DNA of 64,000 bases from Takakia lepidozioides (lineage: Eukaryota; Plantae; Bryophyta), in assembly GCA_030704615.1 (NCBI GenBank), contig CM060731.1, positions 84,630,001 to 84,694,000 of the forward strand. The letters run 5' to 3'. Within the stretch, counting starts at the first letter, position 1; each line of letters opens with the position of its first letter. Below the pieces are notes generated by a model. That model was not told the DNA's origin. It saw only the letters and a list, made by a program, of their open reading frames with translations, and did no database searches. Positions 49,401 to 61,600 of this stretch are shown in pieces. Position numbers and translations under genes: made by a program.

Positions 49401-52400
49401 AAGACCGCGTGCAGGACAAGGTATGGTTCATATGAGTTCTTGGTGATGCCTTTTGGGCTCACCAATGCACCAGCGACATTTAGCACGCTGATGAACAGCC
49501 TTTTTCAGGAGTGGTTGGATGACTTTGTGATCGTGTACATCGACGACATCTTGGTGTACTCGAAAACAAAGGAGGAGCACCTGGAGCACCTCAAAAGGGT
49601 GTTCCAAAAATTGCGAGAAGGGAAGCTGTATGCCAAAGCTTCAAAGTGCGAATTCGGGGTCACGAAAGTGGAGTTCTTGGGGCATGTGATTACACAGGAT
49701 GGGATCAAAATGGATGACAGAAAGGTGAGGGCGATCTTGGACTGGGAGCCTCCGACTTCGGTCCCGGGAGTGCGATCCTTCCTAGGACTCGCCTCCTATT
49801 ACCGGAAGTATGTGAGAAATTTTGCCAAGATCGCGGGGCCGCTGTCGGACCTTCTGTGTAAATCCAAAGTCTGGGTATGGAACACATTTTGTGGCCAAGC
49901 TTTTGCTGAATTGAAGCAGCGGATGGCGGAAGCTCCAGTCTTGAAAATCCCGGAGTTCGATCGTCCATTTGAGATTCATACAGATGCGTCGGACTTCGCG
50001 ATTGGGGGTGTACTTATGCAAGATGGACGTCCAGTGGCTTACGAAAGTAAGAAACTGAATGAAGTGGAGCGACGGTGGCCGACGCACGAAAAAAGATGAA
50101 GGCGGTGGTGCATTGCCTTGAGCTTTGGCGCCACTATGTTGGTTCCAACCCAGTGAAGGTGTTCACGGACAATGTCACGGTGAAGTATTTTGCCACGCAG
50201 CCCAAGTTGTCCCCAAAACAACTTAGGTGGCAAGATACTTTGGCGGTGTTCGACGTGGATATCCAGTACAAACCGGGACGGGACAATGTGGTGGCCGATG
50301 CTTTAAGTAGAAAGCAGCAGCTCCTGTTGGTGTACAGGGCGAGACGGCGCTCCAAAGGAAGATCCGGAAGGCTTGCCGGAAGGATGAGCTGGCGAAGTCC
50401 GTGATGCAGACTTGAGGATGGGGGTTAAATCGCAGTTCCACTTGCAAAATGGACTGCTCCGGTATAAGCAAAAACGTCTCTACGTGCCAAAGGGAGGGAT
50501 CAGAGATAGCCTCTTGAGAGAATGCCATGATAGCCCGCTTGCGGGCCACGGCGGAGCCAAGCGCACTGCGGCACTCTTGAAGAAAGAGTATTTCTGGCCC
50601 AAACTGAGGGAGGAGGCAGAGGAGTATGTCAAGACATGCACCACATGCCAACAAAACCGGAGCGAGTACAAAAAGCAAGCGGGGCTGTTACAACCCTTGC
50701 CGATTCCAGAGGGGACTTGGGAAAGCGTCTCGATGGATTTCATGACTGCTATGCCGCTGTCAAAAGGATTCGATGCAATCATGGTGGTGGTGGATAGGTT
50801 CAGTAAAATGGGCCATTTCATCCCCACCAAGGAGACGACAACGGCGCAGGAGACAGTGCGACTTTACTTCGCCCACGTCTTAAAGCATCATGGAGTCCCG
50901 AAGGATATTGTCTCGGACCGCGATCCAAAGTTTACGAGTAAATTTTGGAGGGCACTTTGGAAGAAGATGGGGACGAGGCTGAAGATGAGCACCGCCTTCC
51001 GACCTACGACCGACGGCCAAACAGAAAGAGTGAATTCCGTAGTGAAGCAGATCTTGCGGAATTACGTGTCGGCAGACCAAACAGACTGGGTGGAACACTT
51101 AGACGCGGCAGAGTTCTGTTATAATAACACAGAACACTCCGCAACGGGAGTTTCCCCTTTCGTATTGGTCTATGGAAAAGCACCTCTGGTGCCGACAAGT
51201 TGGGCCGCCCAGGACGTTGAGGAACCGGCAGTAGCGGCGGTACTGGAAGAACGCGAGCGTTTGTTGAAGCTCGCAAAGTACAACATTGCCAAAGCTAGGA
51301 AACGGTATGAAAGGCAGGCGAATCGGAAGCGGAGGGAAGTGAAGTTTGAGGCAGGCACAGAGGTCTGGTTGAACATCAAGAATTTCCGACTACCTCCGGA
51401 AGTGAGTCCGAAGTTCGTACCTCCGTATGCGGGACCCTTTCGCATTCGGAAGGTTATGAATGAGGATGTGTATGAATTGGAGCTGCCGGCAAACAGCAAG
51501 GTGCACCCAGTATTCCATGTCTCCCTTTTGAAGCCTTACTTCAAAGATGAAGCGCGTCCGAATCGGCATCAAGTGTTGCGTCCGCCACCTATGCTGTTGG
51601 ATCATGAAAATGAACCTGAGTACGAGGTGGAGGCAATACTTAAGTCGAGGAGGTTCAGGAACCGAGAAACGGAGTATCTCGTCAAATGGAAGGGCTATCA
51701 TCATGTGGAGGCATCTTGGGTGCGTGCCTCAGAAATGGGAAACGCATCCGAGGCGGTTGCAGCTTTCGAAGGGCGACCTCAAAAGCGGAAGAAGCGTTGA
51801 TGGGGACATCAACCTTGGAGCGTGGGGGAGGAAATGCATGCTTAGCCCGGTTTAGCTAGCTTAGGAATCCGATTGCAAAAACTTGTATTGTACAAAACGT
51901 GCTATAAATGAAATGGATTCCAAATGTTGTGCGTCCTATTTTGTTTGGAATGGTGATGCATGGTATGGTTGGCTAGTGTGTAGAATGCATGCTAGCTTAT
52001 AAAAGTGGGAGAGGTAAATTGGGTTAATCGTGTGTTTGCGTAGTGCCGAAATCGGGTGACCCCCATCCAAGGGGCAAGGAAACTTGCGCCTTCTTTGGGA
52101 GTTCACGTGCTAGTGCGCACCTGGCGCGTGCGCGTACTATAACTGCGCTACCGAGGGGGTTGCCTTGTAGTGCGGGCTAACGCGGAAGCTACGTGCTTCC
52201 GTTCACGTACTATAATCGTGTAGCCTCGGGACGAAGTCGTAGTGCGGCTTCGGCGTGTTCCCGTACCTCAGGCCAGCATTCCAAGGCGGACCCAATTGTA
52301 GTGATTGGGGCGCACGGTTGTTCAAGGTTATCTTCCTAGTCAAAGAGGGTTCCAGGTGAACCCTTGCTCAAGGTGATGCCAAAGCGGCATCATGAGCGAT

Positions 52401-53429
52401 CGCAAGCAATGTTGTTGCAGTAAGGCGATTCGATCCTCGGGGAGGATCGTTCCTTGGCCTTGAAGTAGGCCAAGAAGAGTGCACTGGGAGGAGCTGGAGA
52501 GGCTCCACCCTTGGCCGGGACTTGGAGGAAGTCGGCCGAACTAGCTAGTGGAGAGTAGAGTCAAGTGTGGGGTTTGGTTCTTTGCCATGGGACGCCATGG
52601 TACGGAAACAAACTCCTTGATGTGGGACGCCACAACTTGGATGTTCGTTTCTACAAAATGGACAAGTCGATGAGGACATCGACTCCCTGTTGGTAGGGGT
52701 GTGTGTCGCGGCCCTTTGCCTTGAGGGCAGGGGGTCGGGACACATGAGGGGCTGCCCCTGTGGTGGGGGCAGCGGCAGCGATAGGTATGGGGGCTGAAGC
52801 ACCCTTGAGTGCCCAAGGCACTCAAGGAGGCGGAGGCGCTCACTAGGTGGAGCCCCGCACACCGGGTTGCGGTGGGGGTGGCTCCACAAGGGGTGGTGGT
52901 AGCTTAGCGGGACTTAGTGGGGGTGGCATAGGACTCACCATGGGGGCGGAGACCTCGTGGTGGGAGTCGTGGGGAGTCTTGGGACTCATCACGGTCCATA
53001 GGGGCCGTGGTGAGTGGGCCAAGACTCACCGCGACTCATCACCGGGAGTCGAGGGTTTTCGTGGTGGTTCGCCATAAAATGGCATGGCTGGTTGTGAAAC
53101 CCCCGCGGACAGCTACAGAAGTATATATAGGGAGTAGTAACCCCGAAACGGTGCAAGCCCGTTGGTGACCAAAAACTAGTGAGTAAGCGAGCGAGCCGGA
53201 AAGCGACCAAAGAGTGGGGAGCTGTTCCGGACTGCCAACTACCAAAGGGAATTCCCGCTGGTTCCAACTAGGTGGAGGGTTCTTTGGGAGAACAAAGGGG
53301 GACCGTTATGCCCCGGTGAGCAGCCGAAGCTCCAAGTTGGCCCGGCGGCCAGGTTGGGAGTCAGGCGCGCGCATCAAAGCGAGTAACTATGACTTGAGGG
53401 GGGAGCTTACCGAAGTGAGGTGCGCGACA
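46460..53429 (+). mobile_element. Full-length Ty3/gypsy chromovirus; LTRs 46460-47188 and 52704-53429, TSD GTATA
   Basis: TGTCGCG...CGCGACA LTR ends, PBS TGGTATCAGAGC (tRNA-iMet) at 47191, PPT before 52704, and GTATA at 46455-46459 and 53430-53434. Confidence 0.97.
47244..51800 (+). CDS. Chromovirus gag-pol (Gag, CCHC, PR, RT, RNase H, INT, chromodomain) with ~4 frameshifts
   Basis: [42 protein letters not shown] zinc finger, [11 protein letters not shown], and EYEVEAIL...YLVKWKGY. Confidence 0.95.
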
Positions 53430-54579
53430 GTATATGACCAGTGCAGATGCGCTGCACAAACCAATAATTGTGGCGTCTGACAAGAAGCGTGGGGGGGCGA
53501 GCGTGCAAGCACCTTCCCCATGGACAGAGGGAACTGACAGAGGTGGCATTCCAGTGGGTCTGATTGCAAGATTGAGTGCGAGACCCTCGTTGCCAAAAGT
53601 CAACATTCAACAAAATGCAACATTGCACAAAAAGTGGAACTTTGGTTCAAAGGAGACATTTTTATTAATAATGAACTGTGACAAGTATGCATGCCCTCAC
53701 AAACCGAGGGAAGCCAAAAGTATGCATGCAATCCATGCTCCGGTAAGTTGGAAATTTGCTCCCGTGTTGCACTATTCTCACCAAGAAGCTGGAACCTCAA
53801 TTGGCCTCTCAACAAGTTCATGACTGACAAGGTGGCGGTAGGTGAAGACAATGGATGCAACCCGTTCGCCTTTGGTGTAGTGGACAACCGTGTCATCTCC
53901 TCCGATATATGCACCATCGTAAATCGAGACCTTTGCTGTGGAGACTCTATGTCCATAGGACTCATCCTCGTAGCTTATGAGAATGTCCCCATACACTGTT
54001 TGCAATGGAATCCTCTCTGGCATGTACGTACACCCGATGCAATCCTCGTAGGCCCACTGGCAGCACCTCCAATGATGTAGGAAGGCTGTGCGGCTTTTGG
54101 GGATGTTCCATGCTGGTGGAAACTGCAGATCAACGATTCGCAGGCACCAAAGCCGCGCAGGCCCGTCCCGGCAAGGCTGATCGTGGAGACCAGGAAGGTA
54201 CTCAAGAGCGGACAGGTGCACCCTCTTTTGCTGAGAGTGGTCTATCCAATCCTGTAGGTATATGAAAATATCCCTTGACTTGGGCGAGAAGTCCCACGGG
54301 GTGAGATGCTTGTTTGGGCAGTTGCTGGGATCCCGGCACGCCATCGCCGATTATTGAAAGGGCTACCAGGAAGCAGAGAGGGTGTGCAGGGAAGGGGGAG
54401 TGTGGGGAAGATGAAGTGAGAGGAGCTCGGAGCGAGCAAGTGTTTTTGTTGTCTCGGTTTGAAATGCGTGGGTCACGAGCGAAGGTCGGGCAAGTGGCAA
54501 AGAAAAAGAGCAACATTTAATATAGCCGTACCCAGGAATGAGGGGCAGAATTTAATTCGACATGGCGTCAAATTGGAGG

Positions 54580-55680
54580 GTGACGACACCTGGCCGATAA
54601 AGAACATCCCACGGATGGAAAAATGAATCGGAATTTCCATACGAGGCCCGTCGGATGAAGTCGTCTCGGGGGGAGAGGCCAACACCTGGCCGACAGAGAA
54701 CATCCCTCGGATGGAAAAACGGCGTCGAATCTCCAATGAGGCCGTTTGGATGAAGTTGTCTCGGGGGGAGAGGCTGACACCTGGCCTACAGAGAATATCC
54801 CCCGAATGGCAAAACGGCGCCGAATTTCCATACGAGGCCTGTCGGATGAAGTCATCTCAGGGGGAGAGGCTGACACCTGGCCGACAGAGAATATCCCTCG
54901 GATAGAAAAACGGCGCCGAATTTCCATCCGAGGTCGTTCGGATGAAGTTGTCTCGGGGGGAGAGGCCGACAGAGAATATCCCACGGATGGAAAAATGGCG
55001 CCGAATTTCCATACGAGGCCCGTCGGATGAAGTCGTCTCGGGGGGAGAGGCCGACACCTGGCCGACAGAGAACATCCCTCGGATGGAAAAACAGCGCCGA
55101 ATCTCCAATGAGGCCGTTCGGATGAAGTGGTCTCGGGGGGAGAGGCCGACACCTGGCCTACAGAGAATATCCCCTCGGATGGAAAAACGACGCCGAATTT
55201 CCATCCGAGGCCGTTTGGATGAAGTTGTCTCGGGGGGGAGAGGCCGACACCTGGCCGACAGAGAACATCCCACGGATGGAAAAATGGCGCCGAATTTCAT
55301 ACGAAGCCCGACGGATGAAGTCGTCTCGGGGGCAGAGGCCGACACCTGGCCGACAGAGAACATCCCTCGGATGGAAAAACGACGCCGAATCTCCAATGAC
55401 GCCGTTCGGATGAAGTGGTCTCGGGGGGAGAGGCCGACACCTGGCCTACAGAGAATATCCCCCGGATGGCAAAACGGCGCCGAGTTTCCATACGAGGCCC
55501 GTCGGATGAAGTCGTCTCGGGGGGAGAGGCCGACATCTGGCCGACAGAGAACATCCCTAGGATGGAAAAACGGCGCCGTATTTCCATCCAAGGCCGCACG
55601 GATGGAATCGTCTCGGGGGGAGTGGCCGAAAGAGATCATCTGCAGGATGGAAAAACGGCGCCGAATATCCATCAACAGAC
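54580..55680. repeat. ~96-bp tandem satellite, ~11-12 units, inside the MULE
   Basis: ggatggaaaaa.ggcgccgaatttccat..gaggcc..tcggatgaagt.gtctcggggggagaggccgacacctggcc recurs at ~54613, 54709, 54805, 54900, 54985, 55081, 55177, 55274, 55369, 55464, 55560 and 55646. Confidence 0.95.
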
Positions 55681-56227
55681 GCCCGTATCGACCTTTCATC
55701 AACAATTTTGATTCGTTTTTCGCGTTTTTTTGTCTAATCAGTCACTCAACTTAGAGTTTTTCGCCTGCGGTCCACTTTTTGGCACGTTATGCCCACCAAT
55801 GTCGTCCGGTAGAGACAAATTCGGTGCCGGATTTCCATCCATGAGGTGGACCGACTTACTTGCAAGATGGAAATTCAGCGCCGGTTTTCCATCCTGCAGC
55901 GCTCCGGTTTACCTGCAGGATGGAAATTCGGCGCCGGTTTTCCATCCGGCTGCTTCTGGATGAGAACGTCTCGGGCGGAGGGAGGGCCACGGTGCGTCCC
56001 ACTTCATCCGCTGAATGGAAATTCGGCGCCGTTTTTTTCCATCCAGCGGGCTGTTGATGAAGTCTCGGGGGGAGGGTGGGCCAGGTGGCGCCTGTGGGCG
56101 ACCTCTATACCTACATTTAAGGGCGCAGTTGCGCATTAAATGTCCTCCGCCGTCTGTTTTGAACCGGACGTTCCACACGGATACCGCGCTTGCTTCCCGG
56201 ATACGCCTTCGACACCTGATGTGACGG

Positions 56228-58629
56228 GTGGATGAAGTTCCATTCGAGGCATGTACGCACGCATTCTGCGGGAGATTTTTTCTTTTACTCGGACTTATGC
56301 CGCGTGGAGAAGGGCGTGGCTCTCTTGAGATAAACCCCACATCCAGACCGCGTCGCAAACTGAAGCCTTTGTACTACGGGCGGCAATGCCGACCAGCCGA
56401 CAAAGCGGCAACGCGCCTTCTGTACAGGTACATTCGCGTTGCCTTTCTTTGATCCATGGCCATTGTAGTCCCTACATTTCCAGGATGTAAGTTGCCTTAT
56501 GTAGCGCATGAAAATTAGTTGTGAAGCCCCTAGAAAAATGGTGCCGAATTTCCTGTTTCCGGCCATGGGGCGGATGGCTAAGCCCCGGGGTGGCTGGCAC
56601 AGTCTGGAAATTCGGCGCCATTTTTCCAGTTCCGGGCCCAGTCAGTTCTGGGACTTAGCCATTTTCGGACCCTGTACTGGAAAAATGGCGCCATTTTTCC
56701 AGTACAGGGTCCGAAAATGGCTAAGTCCCTGGGGAGGATGGCACATATTCTGGAAATTCGGCGCCATTTTTCCAGTTCCGGGCCCAGTCATTTCTGGGAC
56801 TTAGCCATTTTCGGACCCTGTACTGGAAAAATGGCGCCATTTTTCCAGTACAGGGTCCGAAAATGGCTAAGTCCTTGGGGCGGATGGCACATATTCTGGA
56901 AATTCGGCGCCATTTTTCCAGTTCCGGGCCCAGTCAGATCTGGGACTTAGCCATTTTCGGACCCAGTCTGGAAAAATGGATGTGATTCTGTCTGTGTTTT
57001 TTGAATGCAGGTACTGTAAGTTCTCCCTGTTGGAGAAAGGTCATCTGTCCTTCCAGCCGCCATTCTTCCTCGCATGGAGGAACCTTGGAGCTTACTCCAT
57101 GTACACTGACGTTATCATGAAGGAGTGGCATCAGGAGCATTTGCGCGACTGCCCTTGGTATGTGGACCTTCCGCCCGGCTCGCTCGACTCATCCGAGTTC
57201 CAATTGAAGCTGGATGCGGAGGCCCGACAAAACCGGGCTCCGCTGCCTCCGCTGGGTCCAAAGGAGGCGAAAGCGCTTGCCAAGTCTAGGAAAGCGGCAG
57301 AGCTTGCTCAGGCAGGTATTCAGGAGAAATTGAATGAGAAGAATAAAGGACAAATGAAAAGGACACGAAACAGGGGAGTAAAGTAACCCCCAAAAAACAG
57401 AAAACCACCGGGGCACCAGAGGAGGCGCAGGAGGGGCCCCAAGGGAGTGACTCCGATGATGACTTTGTGCAAGGTCCTGCGACTGCTGCTACCAAGTCAC
57501 CGGTCGTCCGGGTTCCCAAGTCAGTTCGGACTGGGACTGGCTTTGCCAAGAAGTTGGCATTTGAGGGCAAGCCTACACGGCGGTATTCGGCGGTGACATT
57601 TCCGCAAAGGCCAAAGCTAGAATCCCCAACTATCATCCAATGCGTCAATGAGAGCTTTCTTGACGCTCTGGCTGCCAGGGCGAAGAAGGTGGCACACAGC
57701 AAGTCTCTGGAGGAGCTGAAGGGGAAAGCCAAGAAGAGGGCTGCTTGTTAAAGACACCCCTAGTTTGGAAGCCATGATGGAATTCTTCACGGCTGTGAGC
57801 ACGGATTGCAAGAGCACTCGGGGGGGGGGTTGAGGTGGAGAGAGCCTGCGATATGATTCTCCTTGATATTCCAGATGGGGAGGTGCTGGAGGGCCTAGAT
57901 GGTGTGCCCACCTAAAACAGGTTTACGGAGGACTACTGGAGAGCCGGGTTTGGGCTGGCGGGGATGCTCCTGGATGACGGTGGAGGAGGTGGGGGAGGTA
58001 CAAGTTGGGATCGAGGCCGATAAGCCCCCGGTTTATGAGTGAGTGGTTGCATTGTAAGTTGCCTCTTGATTTTGTGAGGAACCTCCCTTCGCTCTCTTAT
58101 TTCATTGAAAGACCATTTTTGGCTTCTGCTGGTATTGACATTCTTAAAGTGGATTTGTTCTTACTGCAGGATGCCAAGTACTACAGGAGGAACGTCTACA
58201 CCGCAGTTCATGGGCAGGAGGAACATGCCTTTTTTTGCCAGGGGGGATTTCATGTCGAGTCCAGAAAGGGACTACATCCTTCCTACTTATGTTGCCCGGC
58301 TTGCTTCGGTGTCCATTAGGAGGTCTTCCGAACCTAGTCGTGTACAACAGATTTTAGACGAGGCAAGCCTCAAGAGAATGAAGATGAGGGAGGAGGCAGC
58401 AGCTATTAGAGCCCGTCAGGCTCATAGATTTGTCTTGGATTCTGCTGAGGAAAGTGGGGGAGAAGAGGCAGAAGATTCCCAAGAGGTGAGGTGGACAGTC
58501 CCCCAAGGAGAGGACGGAATTTTTGAGAGGCATAGTGGAACTGATGCATCACAAAGCTCGGAGGATGGGGGGGATGAGGGGGATGAGGAAGAAGGTGGGG
58601 CAAGTTCCTCGAAGGGTGTAAGAGAGTAG
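56228..58629 (+). pseudogene. Putative second (accessory) gene of the MULE; spliced, unknown product
   Basis: Donor AT|GTAAGT at ~56487 and acceptor tgcag| at ~57010. Downstream ORF blocks include RYCKFSLL..FFLAWRNLG, basic segments and an acidic C-terminus. Divergent from the transposase. No family recognised. Confidence 0.5.
56600..56980. repeat. 146-bp tandem repeat containing perfect 80-bp and 78-bp palindromes
   Basis: 56650-56729 and 56797-56874 are exact self-reverse-complements centred on GGCGCC. Confidence 0.95.
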
Positions 58630-61600
58630 TGCCCATTCCGGCTATGACAGTTAGGACACACTTGTATAGATGTGGCTTGCCACAAAATTTGCAATAAAAT
58701 GTTGCATTTCATTGCTATGACGAGTCCACTGGTGCCACATTCCAACTTCACATGACCCTATTTCCGTGGACACACAATGGTCCGCTCATGTTTTTTTTTT
58801 TTTTTTTCTGCTCATGCTCATGCCGCTCATGAAATAGCAGCCCCCCGTCCTAGGTGGGTTAAAAGCAGCATCCCCCCAAACCTCAGACTGTGGCTTTGCC
58901 ATGGTATCAACAGGGTCAGCCACCTGCACAGCAACCTGCTGTGGGGGCTGTGATATTGCCGCCACTACCCCTCCTTCTACTGGCAACTCCTGCACCTCCT
59001 GCGAAGAAGACTGAAAAATCAGAGTCCTGGCATGCAAATAAGTAGCCACCAGCTACTCCTCAGGAACAAAGACTTTTTTATCAATATTGGAGCTCAGGTC
59101 ATCCACTTGAGTCTGCAGGCCTTCCACATCATCCTGTAACTCCGTTATCCTACTATAGACATTGTCTATAGTAGTTGTGGCAATGTTTTGCACCTGCAAT
59201 CTGAGATCATTCATCTCCCTCTGAGTGAGCTTTCGTGGTGCCTTCCCTTCCACCGGCCCTTGTGTTAACCATACTTGCATAGAGAATGAGGTCGTTCAGG
59301 AAGAAGATCTTGTGGGAACATGGCCTGAATGGTTGGTGAAACATCACACTGTGGAGAATCAGAGGGACCATCATCAAGTTTCCCATGAAGACCCACAGCA
59401 GGCCATGCTTATGAGTTCCATAAGCAGGACACTCAATTTGTTGGGCACTTATGTGAAATCCCATGTTCCATCTACACAATTGGCAGCTTTGAGGGAGGAA
59501 CTCAAGAAGGAGTTTGAGGCTAGAATTGCCACCGAGTGTGCAAACAAGGTGGATGTGGAGGCCAACCTCAAGTTGCAGAAAGAATTGGAGGACACGAAGG
59601 CTGCCCTGTAGCTAGCAAAAAAGAATCTGATTGAAACGGGCCTGGAGCAGGAGAAGTTGCATGAAGCACATATGCAACAGCTATACCAATTGCAGGTGAA
59701 GCATGAGGGCAAGTTGCAGGAAGTGAACGTGCTCCATATAGAGTTGGAGGCAGTTCATCAGAAAATGACCATCCAATGTGCCACACTGACAACCGCTCTG
59801 GACCAAACTGCATTAGAAGTTAACAGACAAGCAGAGAGGTGTATGATGGCAGAGGCTGAGACAGTAGAGCAAGGGAAACTCATTGCTGATTTGAGGGCTA
59901 CAATCTGTCGCAATGAGGTTACTTTCCAACAAAATAGTCAGGTTGAGGCTGAGAAGGAAAGGTACATCCTGAAGTTGTAGCAAACACTCACGGGCCAAAA
60001 GAATGAACTCTCTGTGGCTAACAAGGCTTGGAAGGAAGCCAATAATCTGGTTGTTGCCTATGCGGCCCTGGTTGAACCTCATGCAAAGCGCATGGAGGCT
60101 TTACAGAAGCAGTTAGATGTGTACAGACTCAAGGAGGAGCAGGCTCTCAGGGGTGCTACACAGGACTTGGTGGATAAGGTGCTGCAGTGCCCTTACATTC
60201 TACCCCTGGAACCTCCTCCACAGGTTCGGGCATGACATGCACATCAGGGATTTCTTTGGTCAAATTCTGTATCTTTGATACTTCTTGTTCTCCAACCATG
60301 CCAAAGTTCTCATAGAGAAGGTCACCCTTCTCAATGTCTGCCACTCCCTGCTCTGTAGTGGGAATGTCCAACCTTTCTCCTTCCACAACATTAGGCTCTG
60401 GTGAGACAGCATGCACAATGTGAGTTACCTCTGGGACAACTAAGTCAATTGGCTGTGGTGGCTGTGGTACCGAGGTGACTTCTTTCTCCCTCTCCAAAGG
60501 TCGTGCTTCCAATAGTAACAGCCCTCTGTGTTGCTGCTCCTCATCCTGCACAAGCGCTATGGAAACATCATCTTGTGGTTTCCTTGAAGCTAGTGGATCT
60601 GCCACAGTCGTATCCTGCTTCTGCTTCTTGGACTGGTGCTGCCCTTCCAATCCACCTTCACCATGTGAAGAGCCCTGCTCCTCAATTGCAGTGGTTGTTG
60701 TCTCAAACACTCCCATCTCTTTGCGTTCACGCGCATCAAGCAAGCAAGAGTCAAGAATAATTTGCGCAATGATTGGGCCAGACACAATGATCGGAGACTT
60801 AGCAACACTGCCCTGTAACCGCTTCATCTCTTCCACCAGACCATTGTATATTAACTCCGCCCAAGCTACATCCTCTCCCCTCAAGCTTTCAGTATCTCCT
60901 CTGTGAATGATCTGCTCAAGTACTGTTGGTTCTGTTTCATGGCAAACATAACGTTCAGTATTTGGCCAACTTCTCTTAACCCTGGGTACTCGGCCTTGGT
61001 GCAGGTGTATCCTTGAGTCTTAAATAAACTCCCTTCTTGGAACAAATTCCCTATCTGCAATCTTGCCCTATGCTCATCCACATCCACATGACCCGATGGC
61101 AAATCGAACAATTGCTGCAAGTACTAGGGAGTAATTTCTATATCTACTCCCCTCACCTGGGTAACTCCTGTCCGAGGCTCAAAGTTCTGAACAAATTGAA
61201 TCATATACTTCCGATGATGCAACGACCAGTCCTTGCGTAGCAGCCCTTCCAATCGCAACTCCTTCAGCAGCTGCACTGCCTGTGGTGTAGCAATTGTTTG
61301 CTTCTGCAGAATCGTGGTGCTCTTCACCCTGATATCCTCCATTCCCCTAACTCTCTTCATCCTAGACAAACAAGAAGGCTTTGTTTGAAATAGCTGTAGG
61401 AAAGCTTGTAGGGCATAGAGCATAAAGGTATGGTTGGCACAGAAAGGAACAGGTAAGTGCGTGTAAGCCTGTGGGGCTTGCAGATAGTGGGTGAGAGAGA
61501 ATGTTCTTTCAATCCATCCGTCCTTGCGCCACTGCGTGAGAAGTAAAGCTAATGTGTAGTGTGTAATATACGCCATAGCTACAAAGCTATAGCTTTGATT

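Larger units (their letters stand above)
43866..58846. mobile_element. Mutator-like DNA transposon (~8 kb without the nested chromovirus)
   Basis: TIRs (GG)GAGGCTAGCTATTTCATGAGC and reverse-complement GGGGGGCTGCTATTTCATGAGC. Direct repeat GTCCTAGG at 43858-43865 and 58847-58854; exact TSD length of 6-8 nt is ambiguous. Confidence 0.9.

Noticed and set aside
54580-55680. CRISPR array
   Set aside because: The units are homologous along their whole length with no unique spacers. There are no cas genes and the context is eukaryotic.
54568-55754. Long repetitive ORFs on both strands as real proteins
   Set aside because: They are explained by a GC-rich 96-bp unit. Frames switch at G-run indels and no motif is recognisable.
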